Made by a program: the position numbers and the translations under genes. Shown one piece after another: positions 1-10,085 of a stretch of DNA of 64,000 nt (within the stretch, counting starts at the first letter, position 1; every line of letters starts with the position of its first letter). Source of the stretch: an uncultured Actinomycetes bacterium (GTDB taxonomy: Bacteria > SZUA-79 > Acidulodesulfobacterales > Acidulodesulfobacteraceae); assembly GCA_964631685.1 (NCBI GenBank), contig CAZVZU010000002.1, forward strand, positions 128,001 through 192,000. The letters are read 5' to 3'. A model generated the notes under the pieces. The model ran no database searches. It was not told the origin of the DNA and saw only the letters and a list, made by a program, of their open reading frames with translations.

Positions 1-64
1 ATTAGAGACTTTATCATTTTATCCTTTCACCCTTAAAATTGTCAATTGCATAATCATAATAATG

Positions 65-1048
65 TCACCATCTTATTATGGAAGATGCCCAGGTCAAGCC
101 GGCACCGATAGCGTCTACTAATACCAAATCCCCTTCTTTTATGCGACCCAAAGCATGCGCTTCATCAAGAGCGATAGGAATCGAAGCGCTTGAAGTATTT
201 CCGTATTTTTCCACATTCACAAAAACCTTCTCCATTGGGAAATTCAATTTTTTAGCCGTGGCTGTTATTATCCTGATATTCGCTTGATGAGGAACAAATA
301 AATCAATATCCTCAGGCCTTAAATTATTAAATTTTATAGCTTCCTCTGCAACATCTTTTAAATACTTTACTGCATATTTAAAAAGTTCGGAACCCTTCAT
401 TTTTATGCAGTGGTCCATATTGTCAACCGTCTTCGCACTCGCTGGCATCAAAGAACCACCCGCGGGAAGCTTGAGTATATTATTGTGCCCCCCTTCCGAA
501 TGTAGATGCGTTGATAAAATACCCCTCTCGTCTTGGGTATTTGCAGATAATACAACCGCTCCGCCACCATCGCCAAATAATACACATGTCGATCTATCCG
601 TATAATCAGTAATTCTTGAAAGTAAATCAACGCCAATAACTAATACATTCTTATAATGTCCTGATTTAATAAAGCTATCGGCAATAGATAAAGAATAAAT
701 AAATCCGCTGCATCCGGCGCTCACATCGAAAGCCGCTGCATTCTTTAAGCCCAATTTTTCTTGAACCATGCAGGCTGTAGACGGAAACATCATATCGGGC
801 GTAATCGTTCCTACTATAATAAACTCTATATCCAGCGGATTCCTGCCCGATAGCTCAATCGCCTTTCTTGCAGCATTAGCGGCTATATCCGATGTTGTTA
901 AGCCGTCTTCGGCTATTCGCCTTTCTCTTATGCCGGTTCTTGAAAAAATCCATTCGTCCGACGTATCAACAATATCGCAAAGCCTACTATTTGTGAGCAC
1001 TTTATCCGGAACATATGAACCGATTCCGGTAATTTGGGAGTATATCAA
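65..1048 (-). CDS. fabH: 3-oxoacyl-ACP synthase III
   Basis: AGCSGF catalytic Cys, PHQAN and GNTSSAS motifs; follows plsX. Confidence 0.97.
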   Translation of the reverse strand: MIYSQITGIGSYVPDKVLTNSRLCDIVDTSDEWIFSRTGIRERRIAEDGLTTSDIAANAARKAIELSGRNPLDIEFIIVGTITPDMMFPSTACMVQEKLGLKNAAAFDVSAGCSGFIYSLSIADSFIKSGHYKNVLVIGVDLLSRITDYTDRSTCVLFGDGGGAVVLSANTQDERGILSTHLHSEGGHNNILKLPAGGSLMPASAKTVDNMDHCIKMKGSELFKYAVKYLKDVAEEAIKFNNLRPEDIDLFVPHQANIRIITATAKKLNFPMEKVFVNVEKYGNTSSASIPIALDEAHALGRIKEGDLVLVDAIGAGLTWASSIIRW

Positions 1049-1098
1049 CTTTTTAAACCTTCGCTATTGAATTTTATTTTTTGTGTTTTTATATAAAT

Positions 1099-2118
1099 TT
1101 AAGACGGACAACAATTTCCGGCGTTAGCCTCTATTTTGCGACTTATATTTAAAATTATCCTCTTTTCAACAAAGTGTTTAGCGACAGATATAGCACTTGC
1201 AATAGCCTTTCCGCTAGCCCCACCATGAGCGATAAATGCAGCCCCATTAACCCCGAGAAGCGGCGCCCCGCCATATTCATTGTGGTCAACGAGCTTCTTG
1301 AATTTTTTTAATGATTTTCTGGCCATAAAAAAACCTATTTTTGCCTTAAGGCTTTTATTTACTTCATCCCTGAGCAAATTAAATATCGTTTCCGCTAATG
1401 ACTCCGATGCCTTCAGGATAACATTGCCAGTAAATCCGTCGCAAGCTACCACATCCACCTTTCCGTTAAAAATTTCCCTGCCTTCAACATACCCGCAAAA
1501 ATTTAAATCCATATCCTTTATAAGTTTATACGTCTCACGTGTGAGATCGTTACCCTTGGTCTCTTCCTCGCCATTGCTCAATATGCCGACCCTTGGATCT
1601 TTTACGCCTTTCATGAAGGCAGCATACTCGGCGCCCATTATTGCAAATTGGGCAAGATGATAAGGCTTGACATCAACATTTGCCCCGGCATCTATCAAAA
1701 CAGTATAACCGCCTATAGCCGGCATAACCGTAGCTATAGCCGGCCTATCTATTCCCTTGATACGCTTAAAAACAATCATAGCTATGGCTAAGGATGCCCC
1801 ACTATTACCGGCGCTGATAACGGCATCCGCTTCTTCATTTTTTACAAGCTCGTAGGCAACACGCAAAGAAGAATTTTTTTTATTCCTCACTATAAAAGAA
1901 GGAGAATCTTTCATTGTAATTCGTTCCGGAGCGTGTCTTATGCTAATTCTCGACGGCACAGCGCGTCCCTTTTTCCTAAAAGCGTTATTTAACGCGGCCT
2001 CGTCACCCGTCAGTACTATCTCTAATTCACTATCGGAATCAACGGCAGCCATTGCCCCTAAAATCTCCGACTCTGGCGCATTGTCCGAACCAAAAGCGTC
2101 CAGAGCTATTCTAATCAT
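1099..2118 (-). CDS. plsX: phosphate acyltransferase PlsX
   Basis: IALDAFGSDNAP N-terminus, SAGNSGA, DAGANVD, YGGAPLLG; rpmF-plsX-fabH synteny. Confidence 0.97.
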   Translation of the reverse strand: MIRIALDAFGSDNAPESEILGAMAAVDSDSELEIVLTGDEAALNNAFRKKGRAVPSRISIRHAPERITMKDSPSFIVRNKKNSSLRVAYELVKNEEADAVISAGNSGASLAIAMIVFKRIKGIDRPAIATVMPAIGGYTVLIDAGANVDVKPYHLAQFAIMGAEYAAFMKGVKDPRVGILSNGEEETKGNDLTRETYKLIKDMDLNFCGYVEGREIFNGKVDVVACDGFTGNVILKASESLAETIFNLLRDEVNKSLKAKIGFFMARKSLKKFKKLVDHNEYGGAPLLGVNGAAFIAHGGASGKAIASAISVAKHFVEKRIILNISRKIEANAGNCCPS

Positions 2119-2174
2119 TTGTTATTTCCCCATTTGGAGATAAAAATTCTACATCCATCGATTATTAGGTATTA

Positions 2175-2363
2175 TTAAGTTTTTGATTCTGGCGCACTTA
2201 CTATAACCCTTCCGTTGTAGGTCTTACAATTACCACACATTCTATGGGAAAGGACGGGCTCTCCACAATTTGGGCACTTTGAATAATTTGCCGCCTCAAG
2301 ATTATCGTGAGTTCTCCTTTTATCTCTCCTGCACCTTGAATGTCTCTTTTTTGGATTTGCCAT
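2175..2363 (-). CDS. rpmF: 50S ribosomal protein L32 (Zn-ribbon type)
   Basis: MANPKKRHSR..RR, CPNCG and CGNC zinc knuckles. Confidence 0.96.
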   Translation of the reverse strand: MANPKKRHSRCRRDKRRTHDNLEAANYSKCPNCGEPVLSHRMCGNCKTYNGRVIVSAPESKT

Positions 2364-2477
2364 ATAAACTCCTTAATTATTCTTTATATAAATTAATATG
2401 TTAACAACTATAAAAAATTGAATCTAATATATAAAAGCACTTGATATACTATTAAGAAAATATTAAAAAGTCAATGT

Positions 2478-4997
2478 TCATTTTTCTATCTGTATAAATA
2501 TGTCGTCATTCTCAGTTTTGAAATCAGCTTCATCGGAAAATACAATCCTTTTGGCCCTAACGGCTGACTTAATATCATCGCCTATGTTATTCAGGACATC
2601 AATATAGTTAGCGTTTAATGTTTTAATTAAAAGTTTACTGATTTTATGATTCTGATGAAGACTTAAACCGGTTCTTAATTTCCTTGAAGCATTAAGGATT
2701 TTTAATAAGATATTGACGACTTTTACCGAGTCATTGTTCGTCAACTCTTCTCTGTAATCAGGCCAATGCGACAGATGGATACTCCTATCTTTCTCAAAAT
2801 TTTTATAAAATGATAAATATAACTCTTCGGTAATGAAGGGGAAAAACGGAGCGAATATCTTTATCATATTAAACGAAACAAAATACATAACATTCAATGC
2901 CTTATTTTTTCTGTCAATATTTTCTTTTTCCTCATCCCAGAAGACATTTTTTATAATCTCAAGATAGTTATCGCAATATATGTTATAAAAGAAATCTATA
3001 ATCGTCCTTAAAGCCGGTGAATAATCGCAGGACTGCATATAGCCTTCGCATGTCTTTAATGTATTTTCAAACTCCGTAATTACCCACCTATCAATCTCAC
3101 CCAATTCATATTTTAGTATATCTTCCCTATGAGGATTAAATCCATCATCAACATTTGTAATTAGAAACCTTACAGCATTCCATAATTTAACCAAAAGCCT
3201 TCTGCCGTTAATAACATCCTCTTCGCTAAACCTTAAATCTTGACCAAGACTGGCTTTTGTTGCCCAATATCTGAGAGCATCTGCTGAATATCTATCTATT
3301 ATGTCTTCCGGTTTAACAAAATTACCTAAACTTTTAGACATTTTTTTACCATGCTTATCGAGTCCCCAGCCACTTATCATGACATTTTTAAATGGAATGT
3401 CATCGGTATGATAAACAGATTTTACAACACTATAAAATAACCAAGTACGGATAATCTCCTGCGCTTGCGGTCGTAAATCCATTGGATAAATTTTATCTAT
3501 AAGCTTTTTTTCGTGCAAAGTGCTATTATCACATCCCCACCCAGCATTAATCAACGGGGTCATTGAGGATGTCATCCATGTATCCATAACGTCCGTTTCC
3601 GGCCTAAATTCCCCGCACCCACACTTAGGACAGGATGTCAAATTAGGACCTGCCACTGAAGGATCTACCGGTAATTCATCCTCTTTTGCAAGAATCACTT
3701 CGCCGCAAGCGGTGCAATGCCAAACAGGAAAGGGTACACCATAAAATCTTTGCCTAGATATATTCCAATCCCATTTTAAGTTATTGACCCACTCGGTATA
3801 CCTCGGCTTCATAAAATCCGGATACCACTTTATTTTATCTGAAGCCTCCAAAAACTTATCCTTATAATCTAAAATCTTAACAAACCATTGGAGTTCGCGA
3901 ATAAATTCCACGGGCGTTTCGCACCTGTCATGAACACCAACATTATGCGTCAGCGATCTTTCTCCTTTTACAAGCGATCGCTTTTTAAGGTCATCTACTA
4001 TTGCTTTCCTAGCATCTTTTACGTTTAATCCGTCATAAGCTCCAGAAATATCATTTAGCCTTCCGGCTTTATTTACAATAATAACCGTATCAAGCTTATG
4101 TTCTTTCCATTTTTTTACGTCTTCGGCATCACCCCATGTACAAACCATCATTAAGCCAGTTCCAAAATCCATATCCACAGAGTCGTCATATAGAACAGGA
4201 ACATCCTTGCCATATAACGGCGTCTTTACGCTTTGCCCGATCAAAAATTTATACCTATCGTCCAATGGATTTGCATAAATAGCAACGCACGCCCCTAATA
4301 GTTCTGGGCGCGTTGTCGATATTACAAGTATCTTTTCATCATTGCATGACGACTTTAATTCTATATCGTACAAAATACCGTCAAATTCTTCCATAACGAT
4401 ATCCGCTTGGGCAAGCGACGTCCTACACCGGGGACACCATAAAATAGGTTCATTCCGTCTTTCTATCAAATTTTTGCGATAAAGATCAATGAATGACCTT
4501 TGAGATGTTTTCCTGCATTTCTCATCTATAGTGGAGTAAGACAGTTTATAGTCGACACTTATACCTATAGACTTCCATAAAGACTTATATGTCTCAGCGC
4601 CGAGCTTTGTCTCTCTCAGACATAAATCTATGAACTCTTCCCTTGTTATCTTCGACTTTTTTATTTTGTATTTTTTTTCGACATAACGCTCTGTTGGAAG
4701 ACCGTTATCGTCGAAACCCATAGGATAAAAAACATTAAATCCCTTCATTCTTTTGTATCTAACAATAAATTCGGCCTGGGAGTAGCTCATTACGTGCCCA
4801 ACATGAAGGTGTGCGGACGACACATATGGCGGAGGGGTATCAACTGAAAAAATCTCTTTTTCGTCATCATCAAAATTAAAACCGTAAATGTCGTTGTCTT
4901 CCCAATACTGCGCTATCTTTTTTTCAACCGCTGGATAATCGTAATTTTTAGGAAAATCCTTAAACTTGGCGTTAAAATATTCTTTAGTATTTTGCAT
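2478..4997 (-). CDS. valS: valine--tRNA ligase (archaeal-like/type 2)
   Basis: DTPPPYVS..LHVGH, GFDDNGLPTER, GTGLMM.CTWGD, WNISRQR, DTWMTSS, KMSKS. Confidence 0.95.
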   Translation of the reverse strand: MQNTKEYFNAKFKDFPKNYDYPAVEKKIAQYWEDNDIYGFNFDDDEKEIFSVDTPPPYVSSAHLHVGHVMSYSQAEFIVRYKRMKGFNVFYPMGFDDNGLPTERYVEKKYKIKKSKITREEFIDLCLRETKLGAETYKSLWKSIGISVDYKLSYSTIDEKCRKTSQRSFIDLYRKNLIERRNEPILWCPRCRTSLAQADIVMEEFDGILYDIELKSSCNDEKILVISTTRPELLGACVAIYANPLDDRYKFLIGQSVKTPLYGKDVPVLYDDSVDMDFGTGLMMVCTWGDAEDVKKWKEHKLDTVIIVNKAGRLNDISGAYDGLNVKDARKAIVDDLKKRSLVKGERSLTHNVGVHDRCETPVEFIRELQWFVKILDYKDKFLEASDKIKWYPDFMKPRYTEWVNNLKWDWNISRQRFYGVPFPVWHCTACGEVILAKEDELPVDPSVAGPNLTSCPKCGCGEFRPETDVMDTWMTSSMTPLINAGWGCDNSTLHEKKLIDKIYPMDLRPQAQEIIRTWLFYSVVKSVYHTDDIPFKNVMISGWGLDKHGKKMSKSLGNFVKPEDIIDRYSADALRYWATKASLGQDLRFSEEDVINGRRLLVKLWNAVRFLITNVDDGFNPHREDILKYELGEIDRWVITEFENTLKTCEGYMQSCDYSPALRTIIDFFYNIYCDNYLEIIKNVFWDEEKENIDRKNKALNVMYFVSFNMIKIFAPFFPFITEELYLSFYKNFEKDRSIHLSHWPDYREELTNNDSVKVVNILLKILNASRKLRTGLSLHQNHKISKLLIKTLNANYIDVLNNIGDDIKSAVRAKRIVFSDEADFKTENDDIFIQIEK

Positions 4998-5006
4998 AGA
5001 TTGGTA

Positions 5007-5035
5007 ATTTTATCAATTTTTTTTATAAAAATCAA
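5007..5035 (-). promoter_or_regulatory. putative sigma-70 promoter of valS
   Basis: minus strand TTGATT-17 nt-TAAAAT with extended TG; the -10 box ends 9 nt before the ATG. Confidence 0.5.
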
Positions 5036-5082
5036 TCTTTGTTTGCAAACCTTGCATTGTTATATGTTATAATAAATATGAT

Positions 5083-6603
5083 ATGTATCAAGTGCTAGCC
5101 AGAAAATATAGACCAAAAATTTTTGATGAAATAGCAGGCCAGGATGTTATCGTCCAAACGCTCAAAAATGCCGTTATTCATGGTAGAATTGCCCATGCAT
5201 ACATATTCTCGGGTACAAGGGGCGTCGGCAAAACATCCATCGCAAGAATATTGGCAAAATCTGTTAATTGCGTAAATGGTCCCACCGTGAACCCGTGTGG
5301 CGTTTGCTCTGCTTGCATCCAGATTCAAAACGGCAATTCAGTGGATGTAGTGGAAATCGACGGAGCATCTAACACTGGTGTAGATTCTATAAGAGATTTA
5401 AAGGAAAATATAATATATCTACCCCAAAGCCTGAAATATAAAATCTATATTATAGACGAGGTTCACATGCTTTCAAATAGTGCCTTTAATGCACTATTAA
5501 AGACGCTTGAAGAGCCTCCCGCACATGCTAAATTTATCTTCGCAACAACCGAACTACACAAGGTTCCCGAAACCATTCTGTCAAGATGCCAAAGGTTTAA
5601 TTTTAAGAGAATACCTATTAATATAATCTATAACGAATTGAAAAAAATTTCCAGTGCCGAGAATATTTCAGTTTCTGATGAAAATTTAATGATCATAGCA
5701 TCTTTAGGCGATGGTTCAATAAGAGATTCTCTCTCAACCTTTGACACCGTTATATCTTATTTCGGCAAAGATATAGGAGAGGATGTATCCCGCTTTCTTG
5801 GATTAACTCTTAAAACAACAATTCTAAATCTTACACACGCAATTTTCAAAAAAGATTATGAAAGCGCTATCAAATTGGGAAGAGAAATATATGACTCGGG
5901 AACAGATATACGGCAATTCGCAAAACAATTTGCACTATCTATAAGGAATATCCTGCTTGTAAAGTTTAAATACAAAGATTTAATCAATGATATGTCAAGT
6001 GAAGAAATAAACGATTTAATCCCTCTTGCCGAGCAAAAACAGCCCGAAGAGCTCCTTGATATGATGGACATATTGATTAATTCAGATGCTAAATATCAAA
6101 AAATATCATCTCCTTCGTTACTTTTTGAGCTTATACTATTTAGACTCATGAATATACCTGCAAAGCGTAGCGTTATGGAGCTTTTAGCCAAACTAGAAAA
6201 ATTTACAGATAATGTACATACACCAAATATTTTAGCAACCCCCGACAATGTCGGTCAATTTCATTCAAATAAGGCAGCTCAAATGTCGGTTTCTTCCGGT
6301 AACACAAGCATGCCTAAAAAAACACAAACACCACAAAAGGCTATACACCCCCCTCACTCGTCGTCACAGAATGTTGCCCAGATGGATATCCAAGCAAATA
6401 AACATGCCGTGAATACCCAAAATAAAGGCATACCCGCGGAATCAAACAAATTATTTAGCCACTTTGATGAAGTGGACGAAAAATTGACAGGCGATAACGA
6501 TGTGACTAAAAATAATGCAAAAATTAATGAAAACACTATTATTAACGGTATAAAAAACATCTTCGGAAAAGATATAAAAAGTATAGACGATACTCAAAAA
6601 TAG
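5083..6603 (+). CDS. dnaX: DNA polymerase III subunit gamma/tau
   Basis: LARKYRP, GTRGVGKT Walker A, Zn cysteines, IIDEVHML, SRC motif. Confidence 0.97.
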   Translation: MYQVLARKYRPKIFDEIAGQDVIVQTLKNAVIHGRIAHAYIFSGTRGVGKTSIARILAKSVNCVNGPTVNPCGVCSACIQIQNGNSVDVVEIDGASNTGVDSIRDLKENIIYLPQSLKYKIYIIDEVHMLSNSAFNALLKTLEEPPAHAKFIFATTELHKVPETILSRCQRFNFKRIPINIIYNELKKISSAENISVSDENLMIIASLGDGSIRDSLSTFDTVISYFGKDIGEDVSRFLGLTLKTTILNLTHAIFKKDYESAIKLGREIYDSGTDIRQFAKQFALSIRNILLVKFKYKDLINDMSSEEINDLIPLAEQKQPEELLDMMDILINSDAKYQKISSPSLLFELILFRLMNIPAKRSVMELLAKLEKFTDNVHTPNILATPDNVGQFHSNKAAQMSVSSGNTSMPKKTQTPQKAIHPPHSSSQNVAQMDIQANKHAVNTQNKGIPAESNKLFSHFDEVDEKLTGDNDVTKNNAKINENTIINGIKNIFGKDIKSIDDTQK

Positions 6604-6772
6604 ACGATCCGATAGTTCGGATACATCTATTCACGGCCTGCTTGTAGAATTGAGTGTTATGCGAATGATATAGTCGCTCTTCGGGTATGTACATACATAG
6701 TGCTTGTTATTTTTTTCAAAAAATTATAGAATACTGAAACATCATACAAATAAAAACTCGGGGGATATTAAA

Positions 6773-7087
6773 ATGGCCAAAAATGTGGCGGGTATGTTAA
6801 AACAGGCTCAAAGATTACAGTCAGATATGCTTAAAATGCAGGAAGAGCTCGGTTCGAAGATTATAGAATCAAGTTCCGGCGGGGGTATGGTTACGACAAA
6901 AGTGAACGGAAAACAAGAACTTGTTTCCATAGCAATAGACAGTGCCGTGGTTAATCCCGACGATATCGAGATGCTTCAAGATCTTATCGTTGCATCCATT
7001 AACGAGGCCCTAAATAAATCAAAAGATATGGTTACCAATGAGATGTCAAAATTAACCGGTGGACTCAATTTGCCTGGCCTTTTTTAA
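6773..7087 (+). CDS. ybaB: YbaB/EbfC nucleoid-associated protein
   Basis: SSGGGMV, D.EMLQDLI.A.INEA; dnaX-ybaB-recR synteny; start moved to MAKN after a G-rich RBS. Confidence 0.95.
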   Translation: MAKNVAGMLKQAQRLQSDMLKMQEELGSKIIESSSGGGMVTTKVNGKQELVSIAIDSAVVNPDDIEMLQDLIVASINEALNKSKDMVTNEMSKLTGGLNLPGLF

Positions 7088-7107
7088 CCAATCAAATATA
7101 ATATCTT

Positions 7108-7734
7108 ATGTCGATGACCCATAACGAAGTCCTGCATAGCTCGTCCGATTACATTAGGGATATCGTGGCAGCATTCAAAAAACTCCCTGGTATTGGTGAA
7201 AGGTCCGCGCGAAGGCTTGCCTTTTATATATTATCCCAAAACGAGTCTGTAGCATACAACCTCGCGAACACGATAAAAGACGCAAAACAAAACATCCGAC
7301 TTTGCAAACATTGCTTTAATCTTAGTGGGGAAGAGCTTTGTCCTATATGTAAAAACTCACATAGAAACTCCAAATTGTTATGCATAGTGGAAAATCCGGA
7401 AATAATATATGTTTTCGAAAAAAGCGGCAACTTTAATGGATTTTACCACGTACTTCATGGCTTAATAAATCCATTGGAGGGAATAACGCCTTCTGACATA
7501 AAACTCAGAGAGCTGGTCGATAGGGTAAAAGATGGTGCATTTGAGGAAGTAATTCTTGCCTTAAACCCAAATTCAAACGGAGAAGCAACATCCATTTATA
7601 TACAAAAGATATTGTCTCCCTTCAATATACACATAACCGCTTTGGCGAGGGGAATACCTATAGGTTCAGACCTTGAATATGTTGACAAAAACACCCTTTC
7701 GGAAGCAATTAACTGCAGAAAAAATTTTGCATAA
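7108..7734 (+). CDS. recR: recombination mediator RecR
   Basis: LPGIG..SA.RLA HhH, C4 zinc finger, YHVLHG, GEAT, GIPIG..LEY.D toprim. Confidence 0.97.
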   Translation: MSMTHNEVLHSSSDYIRDIVAAFKKLPGIGERSARRLAFYILSQNESVAYNLANTIKDAKQNIRLCKHCFNLSGEELCPICKNSHRNSKLLCIVENPEIIYVFEKSGNFNGFYHVLHGLINPLEGITPSDIKLRELVDRVKDGAFEEVILALNPNSNGEATSIYIQKILSPFNIHITALARGIPIGSDLEYVDKNTLSEAINCRKNFA

Positions 7735-7869
7735 TCCAGATTGACTTGGAACATATATAATGCCAATGGGTGTTCAATGCGTGCTTTCCGGCGTTTTAAT
7801 CCTATACTGAATGTCCGTGCAATTAATGCTTTTTAAAGAAAAATTTAACGGGATGTGCCTATCATTAAT

Positions 7870-7898
7870 TTGACATATTGCTTAAAAATTCATATAAT
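7870..7898 (+). promoter_or_regulatory. consensus sigma-70 promoter of the ffh-rpsP-rimM-trmD operon
   Basis: TTGACA (7870-7875), 17-nt spacer, TATAAT (7893-7898), about 76 nt upstream of ffh. Confidence 0.8.
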
Positions 7899-7974
7899 GA
7901 CTGTTTTCATATCTTAATGTACGATATGAAAATACACTGCTGTTTTTGTACTAAAATTTTAAATTAAAATAAAA

Positions 7975-9351
7975 ATGTTTGATGGATTAAGCACAAAATT
8001 AGAAAAAGTATTTAAAAACCTGAAGGGCTACGGAAAGTTATCCGAGAAAAATATTGAGGATAGCCTTAAAGAGGTTAGGCTTTCTCTACTGGAAGCTGAT
8101 GTAAACTACCTTATAGTAAAAGAATTCGTTGAAAATGTTAAGAATAAAGCGATAGGCGAGAAGGTAACGGACAGTCTTACGCCTTCTCAACAAATGATAA
8201 AGATTATAAGGGATGAAATCGCAGATCTACTTGGCGAGAACGAGCCCCTTAATATGAAAGCTAAGCCTCCTGTAATTATCATGCTTATCGGGCTTCAAGG
8301 TTCTGGTAAAACAACGACTGCAGGTAAGCTTGCGTTGTACCTGCATAGAATGAAACGTAAAGTATACTTAGTCCCTGTTGACGTTTATAGACCCGCCGCC
8401 GTTCTACAATTAAAAAAAATAGGCTCAAGTATTAACATGCCAGTTCATGGCACATCAGAAGAGAACGGAGTAGTAACCCAAAAACCGGAAAATATTGTGC
8501 AAGATGCCATAGATATTGCAGAAAAACAGGCTTATGACACATTAATAATAGATACAGCAGGAAGGCTCGAGATTGACGAACCGCTTATGGACGAGCTTAA
8601 GTTGCTTAAGAGTAAATTTAAACCAAATGAAACTATATTTGTTGCAGACTCAATGTTGGGGCAAAGTGCAGTTACGGTCGCGAAAACCTTTAATGATGCA
8701 TTGGGTATCACAGGGGTTATCTTAACTAAGGTTGACGGGGATTCCAGGGGCGGAGCGGCATTGTCTATCAGGAAGACTATACATAAACCCATAAAATTTA
8801 TAGGCGTAGGTGAAAAATTAAGTGATTTCGAGGTGTTCCACGGCGGCAGAATAGCCGATAGAATATTAGGTATGGGCGATGTCCTTAGTCTAATTGAAAA
8901 AGCGCAGGAGGCTGTAGATGAAAAATCGGCTAAATCAATTGAGGATTCTTTTAATAAAAAAGATTTCACGGTCAATGATTTTGCCGGACAGCTTAAAATG
9001 ATGTCAAAAATTGGCGGCATAGGACAAATTGCCACAATGATTCCGGGTTTTTCTAAAATTAAAAATAAATTCAACACGGAATCAGCCGAAAAGGAGATTG
9101 TTAGAATTAAAGCAATAATAAACTCTATGACCGAAAAAGAGCGTATAAATCCAGATATTCTTAATGGAAACAGAAGAAAAAGAATTGCTCTCGGTAGTGG
9201 CACGAAGGTAAATGATGTAAACATCTTCATTAATAAGTTCGGAGAGGTGAAAAAAATGATGAAATCATTCAAAAAAAATAAATTAGGTTCTTTAAAGAAT
9301 ATAAATAACATTAAAAGCATGTTTAATAAAGGAGATTTCAAGTGGCGGTAA
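7975..9351 (+). CDS. ffh: signal recognition particle protein Ffh
   Basis: GLQGSGKTTT, DTAGR, TKVDGD.RGG, M-domain SMT..ER...R..RIA.GSG. Confidence 0.98.
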   Translation: MFDGLSTKLEKVFKNLKGYGKLSEKNIEDSLKEVRLSLLEADVNYLIVKEFVENVKNKAIGEKVTDSLTPSQQMIKIIRDEIADLLGENEPLNMKAKPPVIIMLIGLQGSGKTTTAGKLALYLHRMKRKVYLVPVDVYRPAAVLQLKKIGSSINMPVHGTSEENGVVTQKPENIVQDAIDIAEKQAYDTLIIDTAGRLEIDEPLMDELKLLKSKFKPNETIFVADSMLGQSAVTVAKTFNDALGITGVILTKVDGDSRGGAALSIRKTIHKPIKFIGVGEKLSDFEVFHGGRIADRILGMGDVLSLIEKAQEAVDEKSAKSIEDSFNKKDFTVNDFAGQLKMMSKIGGIGQIATMIPGFSKIKNKFNTESAEKEIVRIKAIINSMTEKERINPDILNGNRRKRIALGSGTKVNDVNIFINKFGEVKKMMKSFKKNKLGSLKNINNIKSMFNKGDFKWR

Positions 9352-9581
9352 AAATCAGGCTTGCGAGAACGGGTTCTCACAAAAAACCAACTTACAGAAT
9401 TGTAGCGGCTTCGAGCGAGAGGGCTGTTCAAAAAAAATTCATAGAGATTCTTGGAACATATGACCCACGCACAAAAGACAATAAGTTTGTAATCAATAGG
9501 GATAAGTTTGACAAATGGATAGGACTAGGTGCAAAACCCAGTGATACGGTTATGTCTTTACTGAAAAAACAAGGAAAATGA
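9342..9581 (+). CDS. rpsP: 30S ribosomal protein S16
   Basis: VKIRLAR.G..KKP.YRIVA, IE.LG.YDP, GA.PSDTV. Confidence 0.97.
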   Translation: MAVKIRLARTGSHKKPTYRIVAASSERAVQKKFIEILGTYDPRTKDNKFVINRDKFDKWIGLGAKPSDTVMSLLKKQGK

Positions 9582-10078
9582 GCAAATATATAGGTGTCGG
9601 CAAATTCATCAAGCCACACGGCATACACGGTGAGCTCTCGATCGTCCCATTTAATCCGGACACCGATGTATTTACACAAAACTTTCCCTTATTTATTCAA
9701 AAACAAGACATATATAGCCGGCTTAAAATCAAAAAAATTCGAACGGTTACCAAGGGGGTACTTGTAAGTATACAAGATATTGACTCGATAGACGACGCAT
9801 TTAAGTTTAAGAATAAGCAAGTTTTTATAAACAAAGCCGACATAATGCTTAGCGAAAATGAGTATCTAATCTCAGATATGTTTAATCTAGGTTGCTATAA
9901 CCGTAAAGATGAGAGTATAGGGACTGTATCTAATATTTATCAGGGTGATACGGATATAATAGAAGTAAGCTCTATTGGCAAGACGTACCTAATCCCGATG
10001 ACCGATGCGAATATCGTATTAATAGATTGCGGTAATAACAAGGTTATCGTGCAAAATGAAGAAAGTTACAAAATCTAA
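9578..10078 (+). CDS. rimM: ribosome maturation factor RimM
   Basis: VGKFIKPHGIHGE N-terminus, PRC-barrel-like C-terminus; lies between rpsP and trmD. Confidence 0.92.
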   Translation: MSKYIGVGKFIKPHGIHGELSIVPFNPDTDVFTQNFPLFIQKQDIYSRLKIKKIRTVTKGVLVSIQDIDSIDDAFKFKNKQVFINKADIMLSENEYLISDMFNLGCYNRKDESIGTVSNIYQGDTDIIEVSSIGKTYLIPMTDANIVLIDCGNNKVIVQNEESYKI

Positions 10079-10085
10079 GCAAAAA

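Noticed and set aside
5846..5856. AAAAAAG in dnaX as a possible gamma-subunit -1 frameshift site
   Set aside because: Phased AAA-AAA-G rather than A-AAA-AAG, and located inside the clamp-loader core where truncation would be nonfunctional.
6604..6770. Possible SRP RNA (ffs) or other ncRNA near dnaX; small ATCCGA-TAGT-TCGGAT hairpin
   Set aside because: No SRP domain IV CAGG/GGAA/AGCA motif; the hairpin alone is too short to support a call.
8532..9431. 299-aa antisense ORF over ffh/rpsP, and many shorter antisense ORFs in the track
   Set aside because: Shadow frames of well-conserved genes; no recognisable motifs or RBS.
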